A stretch of DNA of 64,000 nucleotides, taken from assembly GCA_951406725.2 (NCBI GenBank), contig OX597836.1, forward strand, positions 20,336,001-20,400,000, in the 5' to 3' direction. This DNA is from Octopus vulgaris. Taxonomy: Eukaryota. The translations under genes were made by a program, and so were the position numbers. The notes under the pieces are model-generated. The model saw only the letters and a program-made list of their open reading frames with translations, was not told the origin of the DNA and did no database searches. Positions 63,036 to 64,000 of the stretch are shown one piece after another. Positions within the stretch are counted from its first letter, which is position 1. The number at the start of each line of letters is the position of its first letter.

Positions 63036-64000
63036 GCTGTCTTCTCCCATTTAATTTTTTGTTTTAGGTGCCTTTAAAGTTGTAAACAAATATAAACATC
63101 TTCTTGGTCATACCCTAGATGTACTCTTTGATCCAGTGGCATGTCCAGGATATGAAAGCTGGAGAGAGAGATAGATAGATAGATAAATAGATAGATAGAT
63201 AGATAGATAGATATGTTTCTTTATTAGCCACACAGGGCTGCACACAGATGGGACATATTACAAGGTAGAGTTTTTCTTTTGGGGATAAAAAAGAGGGGTT
63301 GGTTTTCGATCAAAAGAGATCGTAAAAGGAAAGAAAGAGGAAAGCAACAGAAAAAAAGGGTGGGGAATAAAAATAAAAGGAAAATAGATAGATAGATAGA
63401 TAGATAGAGAGAGAGAGCTTCACCAACAGAAAGTTAGCAGTCATTTTCAGCTGAGTAGACTGGAGTAATATGGTATGGAGTGTTTTGCTTAACCCTTTAC
63501 CATTCAGATAACTCTAAACATAATACATATTTATTCCCATTGTTTTGAATTAATCTGGTATTATCATGTTGCTTCAAGATTAATAGAATGTGATTGTTAA
63601 TTCTTAGAATTACATTGTAAGGCAGGTGTGAGAGGCTGGATCTGGCCTGTTTGAATATAAAACTAGTAGAATATTTGGGCCAGACATGGCCAGTCTAAAT
63701 GCTGAAGACTTAAGGTTGCAATGTACTGCTTGGTCTAGGAATTGAACTCATGACATTATGATTGTGAGTTGAACATGTTACCCACTGAATCATGTGTCTT
63801 CATATTTAAAATGAAACAGTTTTAAAATAAGAGATTTTGTGTCAGAGAACCAACCAGAAGCGGATAAGGCAATTTGGTATCCAAAGAGTCGAGTTCTTTG
63901 CTGATATAAGTCTAGAATAAAAGGAAATTCATGAAAGAGAAAATGAGAGCAAATAAGAATGGAAGAAGAAAAGAGGAGGAAGAATTTTTGATAAATAAAT

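Overview
Eukaryotic, AT-rich, repeat-dense animal genomic DNA. The SINE/RTE/MITE and microsatellite landscape looks like a coleoid cephalopod (Octopus-like); this is inferred, not verified. Positions 427-38223 (+) hold the 3' part of a large LDL-receptor-family gene that I reconstructed by hand as 22 GT-AG exons with consistent phases (3029 nt, about 1009 codons). Domain order: 3 LDLa repeats, 2 EGF, a YWTD beta-propeller with a basic convertase-like site, about 11 EGF/Cys-rich modules, a TM helix and a tail with NPLY and ExxxLL. This architecture is LRP1-like. The rest is intronic/intergenic DNA with tRNA-derived SINEs, 5'-truncated RTE-LINE 3'UTR copies, TTAA MITEs, a Helitron, an 8-bp-TSD MITE, a deleted mariner, a CR1-like tail, a deleted LTR element nested in an RTE, and a decayed RTE LINE with a PHD-like finger. 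The most unusual non-coding signals are several near-perfect fold-back palindromes with arms up to about 140 bp (two flank the YWTD exon 8) and degenerate hammerhead-like motifs in Penelope-like remnants. I found no intact novel multi-gene system. Most entries in the ORF track are microsatellite or SINE noise.
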